A DNA stretch of 64,000 nucleotides. Origin: Flavobacteriales bacterium. GTDB lineage: Bacteria; Bacteroidota; Bacteroidia; Flavobacteriales_F; PHOS-HE28. Positions within the stretch are counted from its first letter, which is position 1. Every line of letters starts with the position of its first letter. The stretch covers positions 133,861 through 197,860 of the forward strand of contig JAHDVX010000005.1 in assembly GCA_023382455.1 (NCBI GenBank), read 5' to 3'. The notes beneath the pieces are model-generated. The model was not told where the DNA came from, ran no database searches, and was given only the letters and a program-made list of their open reading frames with translations. The position numbers and the translations under genes are program-made. Shown piece by piece: positions 38,164 through 47,580 of this stretch.

Positions 38164-38401
38164 GTTTGCGGGCCTTCAGTTCCTGGAGATGCCTTTCCGG
38201 GTCGAAGTCGGGGTCGAAACCACTTTCAATGCCTTCGTCTATGGCATGCTGAAGCGCCAAGATTCGCTTCTCATCGGGTTCCAATAGGCGAATACCTGCA
38301 CGGATCACCTCGCTCACATTCCGGTACCTGCCACTGGTGATCTGTCGCTGTATGAATTGCTCGAAATGTTCACCCAACGAAACGGAAGTGTTGCTCGCCA
38401 T
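38156..38401 (-). CDS. parD: ParD/CopG-family antitoxin
   Basis: 81 aa ribbon-helix-helix antitoxin ([41 protein letters not shown]). Overlaps parE by 8 nt. A TACTTTTG -7 box (38418-38425, minus strand) lies ~19 nt upstream. Confidence 0.8.
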   Translation of the reverse strand: MASNTSVSLGEHFEQFIQRQITSGRYRNVSEVIRAGIRLLEPDEKRILALQHAIDEGIESGFDPDFDPERHLQELKARKHG

Positions 38402-38547
38402 GGAAGTTGACTTTGAACAAAAGTACCAATAACGGGTAAGTGGGAAATCCTTCTGCATATCGCTTCCCGCTCCCCATGCCCGCCAGCGCTTTAACCGTTG
38501 CTGAGGAATGGGGCAGCCTCCCCGCAACTCCGTAATTTCGCCGCCCC

Positions 38548-39687
38548 ATGGAACGCATCTATCTCGACAACGCCGCCACTACCCAACTGGACCCCGAGGT
38601 GATTGAGGCCATGCTGCCCTACATGCACGAGGTCTACGGAAACCCCAGCGCCATCCATGCCTTCGGGCGCAAGGCGCGGGCCGGCATCGAGCAGGCGCGG
38701 CGCATGGTGGCCAAGCTGCTCCACTGCGCACCGGGCGAGATCGTCTTCACCAGCTGCGGCACCGAGGCCGACAACATGGCCGTGTTCGGCAGTGTGCGCG
38801 ACCTGGGCGTGAAGCACGTGATCACCTCGCCCATTGAGCACCATGCCGTGGAGCATGTGGCCCAAGCGCTGGAGCGTACCAAGGAGGCCGAGGTGCATTG
38901 GCTGCGGCTGCAACCCGACGGCAAGGCCGACCTGGCCCACCTGGAGGAGTTGCTGAAGGCGCACCAGAACGTGCTGGTCTCGCTGATGCACGCCAACAAC
39001 GAACTGGGCACCCGCAACGACCTGATGGCCATCGGCACCCTCTGCCGCAAGTACGGCGCGCTTTTCCACACGGACACCGTGCAGACCATGGGCCACTACC
39101 GCTTCGACCTGGAACAGCTGCCCATCGACTTCCTCACCTGCAGCGCGCACAAATTCCATGGCCCCAAGGGCGTGGGCTTCCTGTACATGCGCAGCAGCTC
39201 GGTACTGCGGCCCATGATCGTGGGCGGGGCGCAGGAGCGCAACATGCGTGCCGGCACGGAGAACATCATCGGCATCGTGGCGCTGGCCAAGGCCATGGAA
39301 GTGGCCTACCGCGACCTCGATGAGCACCAGCGCCACATCCAGGCGTTGAAGGACCGCATGCGCGAGCGCATCCTGGCCAACATCCCCGGCAGCAGCGTCA
39401 ACGGCGACCCAAGCCCCGACAGCCTGTACACCGTGCTCAACATCCACCTGCCGGATGACGGCAAGGCCGAGATGCTGATCTACAACATGGACATCGAGGG
39501 CATCGCGTGCAGCGGCGGCAGCGCCTGCAGCAGCGGCAGCAACAAGGGCAGCCACGTGATCGACGCGCTCTATCCCGGCCGCATGGGCGCCAACATCCGC
39601 TTTTCCTTCAGCAAGTTCAACACCGAGGCCGACGTGGACCGCGCCGCGGAGGTGCTGGAGAAGGTGGTGATGCCGGTGGGGGTGTGA
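38548..39687 (+). CDS. cysteine desulfurase (NifS/IscS, class V aminotransferase)
   Basis: [13 protein letters not shown]-terminus, [13 protein letters not shown]-lysine, catalytic Cys loop [12 protein letters not shown]. 379 aa. Confidence 0.9.
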   Translation: MERIYLDNAATTQLDPEVIEAMLPYMHEVYGNPSAIHAFGRKARAGIEQARRMVAKLLHCAPGEIVFTSCGTEADNMAVFGSVRDLGVKHVITSPIEHHAVEHVAQALERTKEAEVHWLRLQPDGKADLAHLEELLKAHQNVLVSLMHANNELGTRNDLMAIGTLCRKYGALFHTDTVQTMGHYRFDLEQLPIDFLTCSAHKFHGPKGVGFLYMRSSSVLRPMIVGGAQERNMRAGTENIIGIVALAKAMEVAYRDLDEHQRHIQALKDRMRERILANIPGSSVNGDPSPDSLYTVLNIHLPDDGKAEMLIYNMDIEGIACSGGSACSSGSNKGSHVIDALYPGRMGANIRFSFSKFNTEADVDRAAEVLEKVVMPVGV

Positions 39688-39696
39688 GTGGGTCCA

Positions 39697-39710
39697 GTTC
39701 TTAGTTGTCA
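39697..39710. repeat. two heptamer units (gttctta gttgtca) of the same family as the fabG-flanking arrays, in the 20-bp gap between the nifS stop and the HIRAN stop
   Basis: Seen directly; overlaps the HIRAN stop codon. This is the left boundary of the ~8-kb segment that ends at the nifS 3'-end remnant. Confidence 0.5.
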
Positions 39711-40244
39711 GATGCCGGTCGGGGGGGCATCCTCCTCCCCGCCGTATTCCGGCCGCAGCTTGTACCCCGCATCAGGCCGCGCCATGTACTCGTCCAAATA
39801 GGCGTCGAAGCTGGGGGTGCTGGGCAGCAGCAGGTACACCGAGAAGAAACATTGTTCCCACGGCGGCAGTTCGGGCGCGGTGTAGGCCACCTCGGCTTCC
39901 AGCAACAGGCCATGGTCCAACATGGCGGCCAGGCTGATGTTCTCGCCCATGGGCAGGTAGCCCAGCTTGTGCCCTTCCCAGTACACGGCCACGGCGTTGC
40001 TGTCGTGTTCATTGCCATGTTCGCGCACCAGGTCCAGCGGGTCCTGCGCCTTCATGCGATGGATCACCTTCGCACCATCGTGGTATTGAAAGCCGCGCAC
40101 GAAACTGTCGAACACGAACACCGAATGGCTATCCTTCGTCCAGGCCAAGCGGTCCTGCTCCTTGGCGCTCAGCAGCGTCCACGGCGGCAACGTCAGCAGC
40201 GCGGTGCCGCCCATCAGGCGCTTTAGGAAGGTGATGCGGTCCAT
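39708..40244 (-). CDS. HIRAN-domain protein (178 aa)
   Basis: HIRAN-like core ...EHDSNAVAVYWEGHKLGYLP.... ATG at 40244; the upstream part of the track ORF is non-coding-like. Confidence 0.65.
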   Translation of the reverse strand: MDRITFLKRLMGGTALLTLPPWTLLSAKEQDRLAWTKDSHSVFVFDSFVRGFQYHDGAKVIHRMKAQDPLDLVREHGNEHDSNAVAVYWEGHKLGYLPMGENISLAAMLDHGLLLEAEVAYTAPELPPWEQCFFSVYLLLPSTPSFDAYLDEYMARPDAGYKLRPEYGGEEDAPPTGI

Positions 40245-40346
40245 GGGGGGAAGGTAGGGTGATCCCGTGCGCCACCCCGAACCCGAAGATTTCCGGGGTC
40301 TGTCCGTTCCCAAATGCGATCTTCGCAAGGTAGCTTCCCGATCGCC

Positions 40347-40843
40347 ATGGACCTTACCCAATTGACCGATGCTGAACTTGAAGGCCTCAGGAAGATGCCC
40401 AAGCATGTCGTGAACGCTAAGGCCAGGACAGTACAGTACAGAAAGATGGAACGGACCAGCGTAACTACAACATTGTCAGCGACATCGGCAATCAGGAGTT
40501 CATCCTGTACTTGCGCCAGAACTTGCGGCCGGGCATGGAAGATGATTTCTCCTGTGGGCTCCGGATCGTAAGGCGGAACGGCCTTTCCTTGACCCTTTGC
40601 CGGTATAATGGTCCCAGCCATCGCCACAGGAATCATTTGGAAGGCAATGAGTTCAGGTTCAAGGCCCACATCCATCAGGCTACAGGGCGATATATCGATG
40701 CCGACTTACAGCCGGAAGGCTATGCAATTGATACCGACCGGTTCAGAACTTTGAAGGGCGCGCTCCACTGCTTGGTTCAGGATTGCGCTATTTCGGGCTT
40801 GGATACCGAAGCTGATGCACCTACGTTATTCGAAATGCCATGA
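40347..40843 (+). pseudogene. hypothetical gene disrupted by a 5-bp tandem duplication (ACAGT/AGTAC x2 at ~40428-40441)
   Basis: The N-terminus (MDLTQLTDAELEGLRKMPKHVVNAKARTVQ) is in frame 0 and the remainder (...KDGTDQRNYNIVSDIGNQEFILYLRQNL...TLFEMP) is in frame +2. Deleting one repeat unit restores a continuous 168-aa ORF. The 3' end overlaps the next gene as ATGA. Confidence 0.55.
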
Positions 40844-41622
40844 ACCTCGACCTCGATCAGCTCCAATCCAACCTTTGCAAGGCACTGTGCGCCGAGGTAC
40901 AGGTGGTGCCCCGGTCCAAGGACCTGGCCGTGGTGCTTACGCCATTCGAGTTTCCGGACGGTGATGCCTACCAACTCTATCTGAAGGAGTTGCAGGGAGG
41001 CAGACTTCGATTGAGCGACATGGGCCACACGTTGCTGCATCTCAGTTATGAGAACGAGACAGGCAAATTCCGCAATGGCACCAGGGCCAAATTGCTTGAA
41101 CGCATATTGGCCGAGACCGGTGTGGGCGAGGCGGATGGTGAATTTTATGTGGACACCGATCCCGCCGGTCTGGCACCAGCCATTTGGCATTTGGGGAAGG
41201 CGTTGGTGCAGGTGAACGACCTTACCTTCTTGAACCGGGAGCGGGCGGAAAGCACGTTCTATGAAGATCTGCGGGAGCAACTATTCGATCTGGTCCCGAA
41301 TGACAAGATCCAGGCGGACTACATCGTCCCGGAATTGCCGGAGGCCAAGTTGTACCCCATCGATTACCGGATAGAGGGCAAACATGCCCCGCTCTTTGTG
41401 CTGGGCATACCCAATAAGGACAAGGCGCAACTGGCCACGATCGTACTACAACAGTTGCAAGGCCAAGGCGTGGAGCACGAATCGCTCTTGATCTTCGCCG
41501 ACCAGACCGGCCTGCCCCGCAATGTATTGGCGCGCTTGAGCAATGTGGGCGGTGAACAGATCGCCAGCCTGGATGCGGAAGAGGATATCAAGCGTAAGAT
41601 CCTGCGGAAGGTGGCCGGTTAA
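40840..41622 (+). CDS. hypothetical protein (260 aa), translationally coupled to the upstream frameshifted gene; mid-GC (~52%)
   Basis: Clean ORF with ATG start and an ATGA overlap. Possibly a DUF1828-like family (uncertain). Confidence 0.55.
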   Translation: MNLDLDQLQSNLCKALCAEVQVVPRSKDLAVVLTPFEFPDGDAYQLYLKELQGGRLRLSDMGHTLLHLSYENETGKFRNGTRAKLLERILAETGVGEADGEFYVDTDPAGLAPAIWHLGKALVQVNDLTFLNRERAESTFYEDLREQLFDLVPNDKIQADYIVPELPEAKLYPIDYRIEGKHAPLFVLGIPNKDKAQLATIVLQQLQGQGVEHESLLIFADQTGLPRNVLARLSNVGGEQIASLDAEEDIKRKILRKVAG

Positions 41623-41943
41623 CAAACAGCATTTCAATCCAAGCTCCTATTCCGAGCCTGGTACGTATAGGCCCGGGGCCAGTAAGCATACCTCTACCCT
41701 TATGCGGTCACGGTATTTGAGGCTCCGACCTGACCAATGCTTGGCATGGTTGCGACTGGCATCCTGACCCGCGCAATGAGTTATTTTCCAGTGAACGGCG
41801 AGGATGTGCCCCTGCGCTGCATGGGCTTGCGATGGCAATGGTAAAGCATGGGGGAATCCAGCAAGAGCATCTTCGGGAGTTCACTTTTGCCGGCAGACCC
41901 TGCCCAAGAGCCATGCAGAGGCTGGAATCACTGTGGATCGGCT

Positions 41944-42312
41944 TCACAATGGGAATTTCTTCTCATCCAAGGCATTGGCTGCGATCTGCGCTGCTTGGCC
42001 GAGTTCCTCCGCGCAAGTGGCATTCTTGGTAAATTCCATGGCTAGGACCAGTTGGGCACGTTTCTGTTGATCGTTCATGGATGCCAACAATTTCTCTATG
42101 GCCTTCCGTAGCCTGCCCTTTATCTGTTTTCTGAGCTCCTTCGGACTGATGCCAATTTGCGGCTTGCCTGATCTTTCTCTTTCCTCGTGGTACGCTAATC
42201 CGATCAAATCCTTTTCCGATGGGTCCCGGGCATCACCGGTACCATATTTCTTGCCCCGCACATGGAGGCACACCACTTCATAGGCCATTGCTGCCTTCTC
42301 AATGTTCGTCAT
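41944..42312 (-). CDS. hypothetical protein (122 aa), mid-GC
   Basis: Clean ORF, ATG start, 37-bp gap to the upstream co-oriented gene. Confidence 0.45.
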   Translation of the reverse strand: MTNIEKAAMAYEVVCLHVRGKKYGTGDARDPSEKDLIGLAYHEERERSGKPQIGISPKELRKQIKGRLRKAIEKLLASMNDQQKRAQLVLAMEFTKNATCAEELGQAAQIAANALDEKKFPL

Positions 42313-42348
42313 GACCTCGCTGTTCTGTAATCGTCACCTTTGACTTTT

Positions 42349-42918
42349 CTAAGCCCCTGCGGGCAGGTACGCCGAAAGGGATCCCATGGCCCCTGCAATT
42401 TTTTCCACCAGCGGTTTCGCCACCGCCTCGGATACCATCCCGGCCGCCACCCAATCGCCTACCGTCCCGGCAAACTGCCGTTTCCATTTCCGCTTGCCTA
42501 AATACATCAGATCCTTCAGGTCTTCCACGTCCTGGGCAATGATGCCCTGTCCGTCCCTGATCTGTTCGAGGTCCTTGAGGATCTGGTCCAAGCGATCCAG
42601 CATGGAATCCCGTTCTTCCGGCGTAAAGGCATCCTCATCCACATTCACCCCCAGGCGAGCCAGTTCCTGGTTCAGGAAGTAGCTGTTTTTCGGGTACGCC
42701 TTTTCATACGAACAATTCGGGCTGGTGCAGTTGGTCGCACGGTGTTCCATGATCCATTTGACCTGGTCTTCCAACAGAATGGTGAGAAAGTCGATCCGGT
42801 CTTTCCTGGAGTCGATCTCGTGTGCCGCCTGCCTCGCCTTGGGCAGGTAGTCCTTCGATTCGTAGTAGTTCCTGTTCTTTTTGGTAAACTCTTCAGCGAG
42901 CTGGCGGATGACATTCAT
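42349..42918 (-). CDS. hypothetical protein (189 aa), mid-GC, divergent from the MmeI-like gene
   Basis: Clean ORF, protein-like composition (CTSPNC motif, coiled-coil-like C-terminal half). Confidence 0.5.
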   Translation of the reverse strand: MNVIRQLAEEFTKKNRNYYESKDYLPKARQAAHEIDSRKDRIDFLTILLEDQVKWIMEHRATNCTSPNCSYEKAYPKNSYFLNQELARLGVNVDEDAFTPEERDSMLDRLDQILKDLEQIRDGQGIIAQDVEDLKDLMYLGKRKWKRQFAGTVGDWVAAGMVSEAVAKPLVEKIAGAMGSLSAYLPAGA

Positions 42919-43026
42919 GTTTCGAGTGGGTTGACGGCTATTTTGTCAAGTGAGGTTTAGTAAGATATGCCGCAAGGTGCAGCCCGTACACGGTAGTTAT
43001 CCACATCCTTCCCCATCTTCGCCTCC

Positions 43027-45873
43027 ATGCCGCTCAGCCGCCGCGAGATCCGCACCCGGGCCGTCCGTTTTGTGAAGCACTGGAAGGAGGCCGCCAACGA
43101 GGAGGCCGACGCCAAGCCCTTCTGGTACGAGTTCTTCCACATCTTCGGCATCCGCGCACGCACCGTGGGCAGCTACGAAGTACACGTGCGCAAGCTGGAC
43201 AATGCCCTGGGTAAGATCGACTACTTCTGGCCCGGACTGCTGCTGATCGAGCACAAGAGCCGTGGCCGCGACCTGCAGAAGGCCGCCGTGCAGGCCGCCG
43301 ACTACCTCCATGGCGTAAAGGAGCATGAGAAGCCCCGCTACATCATCGTCAGCGATTTTACACGCTTCGTGCTGCATGACCTGGAGGAGGGCAGCGAAAT
43401 CGAACTGGCCCTGGAGGAACTGCCGGAACGCATCGGCCTCTTCGACTTCATCGCCGGCTACGAGGCGCGGCCCGTGCGCGAGCAGGACCCCGTGAACATC
43501 CGCGCCGCCGAGCTGATGGGCCAATTGCACGACGAGCTCAAGGCCTCCGGCTATGCCGGCAAGGAGCTGGAAGTCTACCTCGTGCGCCTGCTCTTCATCC
43601 TCTTCGCCGACGATACCGGCATCTTCGAGCTCGATGCCTTCTACAACTACATCGTGGACCAAACGCGTGAGGACGGCACCGACCTCGGCCCGCAACTGGC
43701 CCGCCTGTTCCAACTGCTGAACACCCCGCCGGAAAAGCGCCAGAAGAACCTGGACGAGCGCCTGGCCGACTTCAAATACATCAACGGAAAGCTCTTCGCC
43801 GAGCCGCTGCCCATCGCCGATTGGAACGGCGGCATGCGCGTCACCTTGCTGGAATGCGCCAGCCTCAACTGGAGCCGCATCAGCCCGGCCATCTTCGGCG
43901 CCCTCTTCCAAAGCGCCATGGACGCCAAGGCCCGCCGCAACCTCGGCGCGCACTACACCAGCGAGGCCAACATCCTCAAGCTCATCAAGCCGCTCTTCCT
44001 CGATGAACTCTGGGCCGAGTTCGAGAAAGTGAAGGGCAGCAAGCCCAAGCTGGACCGGTTCCACAAGAAGCTCAGCGAACTGCGCTTCCTGGACCCCGCC
44101 TGCGGCTGCGGAAACTTTCTGGTGATCACCTACCGCGAGCTGCGCGAACTGGAGATCGCCGTGATAACCGCGCAACTGAAAGGCCAGCAGGTGGTGGACG
44201 TGGACAAGCTGGTGCTGCTGAACGTGGACCGCTTCTACGGCATCGAGATCGAGGAATTCCCCGCGCAGATAGCCCAGGTGGCCCTCTGGCTGATGGACCA
44301 CCAGATGAACCAGCGCATCAGCGCCGCTTTTGGCGAGTACATGGTGCGCATCCCGCTGCGGGCCAGCGCCACCATTTTATGCGCGAATGCGTTGCGTACC
44401 GATTGGCAAAGCCTGCTGCCGGATGGCGAGCGGTACGATTACATACTTGGGAATCCGCCGTTCATCGGCAGTAAACTGATGACCCCTGAAATGCGCGCGG
44501 CCATCCTGCGCATCTTCCCCGGGGTGAATGGCGCGGGCACATTGGATTTCGTGTGCGGCTGGTACGGTCTGGCCGTGCAGTACATGAAGGCACAGCGTGT
44601 CAGGCCGAGCGAAGCCGAGCAGCGTGTCAGGCCGAGCGAAGCCGAGCAGCGTGTCAGGCCGAGCGAAGCCGAGGCCACACGCTGCGCTTTTGTGAGCACC
44701 AACAGCATTACGCAGGGCGAACAAGTGGGCGCACTGTGGGGACCGCTGCTTGCCCAAGGCATCAAGATCCACTTTGCACACCGCACCTTCCGCTGGAACA
44801 ACGAGGCCCGTGGCGTGGCCGCTGTGCACTGCGTCATCATCGGCTTCGCGGATCACGATACGGACAAGAAGCACCTCTTCAGCTACGCCGATGAACGCGG
44901 CGAAGCGGAAGAACAGTTGGTGCGGAACATCAACCCGTACCTGGTGGATGGGCCGGACGTGGTGATCCGCAGCCGAAGCAAGCCGCTTTGCAAGGTGCCA
45001 GAGATCGGCATTGGAAACAAGCCCATCGACGGAGGTAACTACCTCTTCACCGATGAGGAGAAGGCTGCGTTCATCCATTTGGAACCAGCGTCCAAGAAGT
45101 ATTTCAGGCGCTGGTTGGGCAGTGATGAATTCATCAACGGCTGGCACCGCTGGTGCCTTTGGCTAGGCGAAGCGGCTCCAGGTGAGTTGCGCTCCATGCC
45201 GGAGGTGATGAAGCGCGTGGAAGCCGTGCGCAGGTTGCGGCTGGAGAGCAAGAGCGCGCCCACCCGCAAGCTGGCCGAAACCCCGACCCGCTTCCATGTG
45301 GAGAACATGCCGAAGAAGGAATACCTGATCATTCCGGAAGTTTCTTCGGAACGGCGGCCATTCATTCCGATCGGCTTCGAGAACCCAAGTACGCTTGCAA
45401 GCAACTTGGTCAAGATCCTTCCCAACGCATCGAAATACCACTTCGGCATCCTGAGCAGCACCATGCACAATGCGTGGATGCGAGCCGTCTGTGGAAGGTT
45501 GAAGAGTGACTACCGCTACTCCAAGGACATTGTCTACAACAACTTCCCTTGGCCCACCAATCCTACTGTCGCGCAACAGGCGGCCGTGGAGCAGGCCGCG
45601 CAAGGCGTGCTGGATGCGCGTGCAGCGCACACCACCCCTGTCAGTTCGAGCGCAGCCGAGAACGGCAGGGGTGCCAGCCTCGCCGACCTCTACGACCCGC
45701 TCACCATGCCGCCCAACCTGGTAAAGGCCCACGCCGCGCTGGACAAGGCCGTGGACAGGTGCTATAGGCCGCAAGCCTTCGAGAGCGATGCCAAACGGGT
45801 GGAGTACTTGTTCGGGTTGTATGAGAAGTACACGGCGGGGTTGGTGGGGGTGAAGTTGACCAAGAAGATGTGA
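43027..45873 (+). CDS. MmeI-family Type IIL restriction-modification enzyme (fused PD-ExK endonuclease + gamma-class N6-adenine methyltransferase + TRD), 948 aa
   Basis: N-terminal D-x-EHK nuclease motif (GKIDYFWPGLLLIEHKSRGRDL) closely resembling the MmeI N-terminus; DPACGCGNFL (motif I), ILGNPPF (motif IV), FVSTNSITQGEQV; length close to MmeI (919 aa). Confidence 0.85.
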   Translation: MPLSRREIRTRAVRFVKHWKEAANEEADAKPFWYEFFHIFGIRARTVGSYEVHVRKLDNALGKIDYFWPGLLLIEHKSRGRDLQKAAVQAADYLHGVKEHEKPRYIIVSDFTRFVLHDLEEGSEIELALEELPERIGLFDFIAGYEARPVREQDPVNIRAAELMGQLHDELKASGYAGKELEVYLVRLLFILFADDTGIFELDAFYNYIVDQTREDGTDLGPQLARLFQLLNTPPEKRQKNLDERLADFKYINGKLFAEPLPIADWNGGMRVTLLECASLNWSRISPAIFGALFQSAMDAKARRNLGAHYTSEANILKLIKPLFLDELWAEFEKVKGSKPKLDRFHKKLSELRFLDPACGCGNFLVITYRELRELEIAVITAQLKGQQVVDVDKLVLLNVDRFYGIEIEEFPAQIAQVALWLMDHQMNQRISAAFGEYMVRIPLRASATILCANALRTDWQSLLPDGERYDYILGNPPFIGSKLMTPEMRAAILRIFPGVNGAGTLDFVCGWYGLAVQYMKAQRVRPSEAEQRVRPSEAEQRVRPSEAEATRCAFVSTNSITQGEQVGALWGPLLAQGIKIHFAHRTFRWNNEARGVAAVHCVIIGFADHDTDKKHLFSYADERGEAEEQLVRNINPYLVDGPDVVIRSRSKPLCKVPEIGIGNKPIDGGNYLFTDEEKAAFIHLEPASKKYFRRWLGSDEFINGWHRWCLWLGEAAPGELRSMPEVMKRVEAVRRLRLESKSAPTRKLAETPTRFHVENMPKKEYLIIPEVSSERRPFIPIGFENPSTLASNLVKILPNASKYHFGILSSTMHNAWMRAVCGRLKSDYRYSKDIVYNNFPWPTNPTVAQQAAVEQAAQGVLDARAAHTTPVSSSAAENGRGASLADLYDPLTMPPNLVKAHAALDKAVDRCYRPQAFESDAKRVEYLFGLYEKYTAGLVGVKLTKKM
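44593..44673 (+). repeat. perfect 27-bp x3 in-frame tandem repeat (cagcgtgtcaggccgagcgaagccgag) inside the MmeI-like gene, encoding (QRVRPSEAE)x3
   Basis: Seen directly. Located between the MTase motif IV region and the FVSTNS motif. Confidence 0.85.
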
Positions 45874-45976
45874 GTCCGCCCGCGCATGCAGCGCAGGTGT
45901 GGCGGGGTACTGGCAAACCCTGCATCTGCCCTGGCATGAACTTGGCGCGGTCTCGCGGAAGACAAGAAGCATCCCC

Positions 45977-46591
45977 ATGTCCCGTTCAACCTTCATGCCT
46001 AGGATCCATCTCCACGCCGTCCGGCTATTGCTCGCCCTGCTGGCCGCATCGCCCGTAGCGGCGCAATCCGACTTCTGCGACCGCTTGGCCGATTCCGCGC
46101 TGGTGCTCACCACGCAACATGTGCAGTACGACCCGTCCTATTTCCGCATCGCCTACCCCAACGGGGATGTGCCGACCGGCAAGGGCGTGTGCACCGATGT
46201 GGTGATCCGCGCCTATCGGAAGGTGGGCATCGATCTGCAGAGGTTGGTGCATGAGGACATGCGCGCCGCCTTCGACGAATACCCTCGCAATTGGGGCCTT
46301 GCTCGTCCCGACCCCAACATCGACCATCGGCGCGTGCCCAACCTGATGACCTTCTTCAAGCGGCACGGGACCGTTTTGAAGCCGTCCAACGATGCCCGCG
46401 ATTACAAGCCGGGCGACGTGGTGTGCTGGGACCTCGGTGGGGGTATCACGCACATCGGGATCGTATCCAGGAAACGCTCCACGGATGGCCAACGCCCGTT
46501 GATCGTTCACAACATCGGGGCAGGGCAGGTCCTGGAGGATTGCCTTTTCCGCTTTCAGGTGATCGGGCACTACCGCTACGGGAATTTGTAA
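45977..46591 (+). CDS. DUF1287-domain secreted protein
   Basis: Signal peptide. YDPSYFRIAYPNGDVPTGKGVCTDVVIRAYRKVGIDLQ...NIDHRRVPNL...HIGIV matches the DUF1287 pattern. Confidence 0.7.
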   Translation: MSRSTFMPRIHLHAVRLLLALLAASPVAAQSDFCDRLADSALVLTTQHVQYDPSYFRIAYPNGDVPTGKGVCTDVVIRAYRKVGIDLQRLVHEDMRAAFDEYPRNWGLARPDPNIDHRRVPNLMTFFKRHGTVLKPSNDARDYKPGDVVCWDLGGGITHIGIVSRKRSTDGQRPLIVHNIGAGQVLEDCLFRFQVIGHYRYGNL

Positions 46592-46689
46592 ACAAGTGTG
46601 GTACTTGGCGGAAATTCCGGTCGGCATCATTGCATGTACTTCAGGGTACAATTGCCCCCGGAACTGTGGCCAGGGATACATTTGTAATC

Positions 46690-47400
46690 ATGCGGGTCGG
46701 CCTCTTCATCCTATTAGTCGTTTCGGTGGGTGCGGTTCGTGCGCAGCAGCCGGATACCACGGATCTGAAGGCCGACGGTGTGTATAAGCACATCGTTGGC
46801 GTGCATAACAAGAAAGGGGTTTATTCCGGCCATGTGGAGTACTTCGATTCGACTTGGACGCTCCGGCTACGGGGCTTTGCCAAGCGCGGGAAGTGGGAGG
46901 GTCTCGTGGAATATTTCGACTCTACGGGCGTGCTGCAACGAAAGGGCATGGCCCTACACGGCAAATGGAACGGGCTGGTCATCAGCTATTGGGGCAACGG
47001 GCAGGTCTTAAGCGAGACCCCCTTTGTCAAAGGCAAAGCCAGTGGTGTGTTTAAGGCGTATTATGCCAACGGCCGGATGTCCTACACCTTTCCGTACCAC
47101 GACGGGCGCATGTCAGGGGAATGGATGATGTGGGATTCCACCGGTGCCGCCGCGAATGGTGACCTGCTGATCAGGTGGCCTGGCGGTGGTTCCTTGCAGG
47201 TGCATTGCATCCAAGGCCGGCCGGAAGGTAAGATGGTCAGCAAGCGGATGGATGGCCAGTTTGCGGGGATCGGCATATTCCGGTCGGGCTTGCCGGAGGA
47301 TGACCTCATCTATTACAACCGCAACGGCACACCGGTCAGGAAGGACAGCTACAAGCAAGGCCGCTTCGTGAAATCCGTTCCCTTGAACCAGTATCCTTGA
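46690..47400 (+). CDS. YwqK-family / MORN-repeat protein, secreted
   Basis: Signal peptide, repeated G-x-W-x-Y-x-x-G MORN-like units. A TACATTTG -7 box (46677-46684) lies 5 nt upstream of the ATG, so the transcript is probably leaderless. Confidence 0.7.
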   Translation: MRVGLFILLVVSVGAVRAQQPDTTDLKADGVYKHIVGVHNKKGVYSGHVEYFDSTWTLRLRGFAKRGKWEGLVEYFDSTGVLQRKGMALHGKWNGLVISYWGNGQVLSETPFVKGKASGVFKAYYANGRMSYTFPYHDGRMSGEWMMWDSTGAAANGDLLIRWPGGGSLQVHCIQGRPEGKMVSKRMDGQFAGIGIFRSGLPEDDLIYYNRNGTPVRKDSYKQGRFVKSVPLNQYP

Positions 47401-47489
47401 TGAGGCCCCGAAAAGCTGGACAACGGAGTCCCACCTACCGAATCTGTCCGTCCCCGAAGGGTCCGCCATGAATCGGAGATCTGGGTAGG

Positions 47490-47580
47490 CGCGACCCGGC
47501 GGGGACGGGGACAAGGGCGGTCACGTCATTGATGCGCTCTACCCGGCCGTACCGGGGCCAACATCCGCTTTTCCTTTCGT
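47490..47580 (+). pseudogene. decayed ~75-bp remnant of a NifS/IscS cysteine desulfurase 3' end (about 80% identical to 39541-39610, with a frameshift)
   Basis: acaagggcggtcacgtcattgatgcgctctacccggccgt-accggggccaacatccgcttttcctt aligns to the intact gene's ...[23 protein letters not shown]... region, including a 19-nt identical run. Confidence 0.55.

Noticed and set aside
40314-40346. Upstream ATG (40314) as the start of the frameshifted gene
   Set aside because: It adds an unstructured MRSSQGSFPIA extension. The ATG at 40347 gives a more typical N-terminus (MDLTQLTDAELEG), though either is possible.
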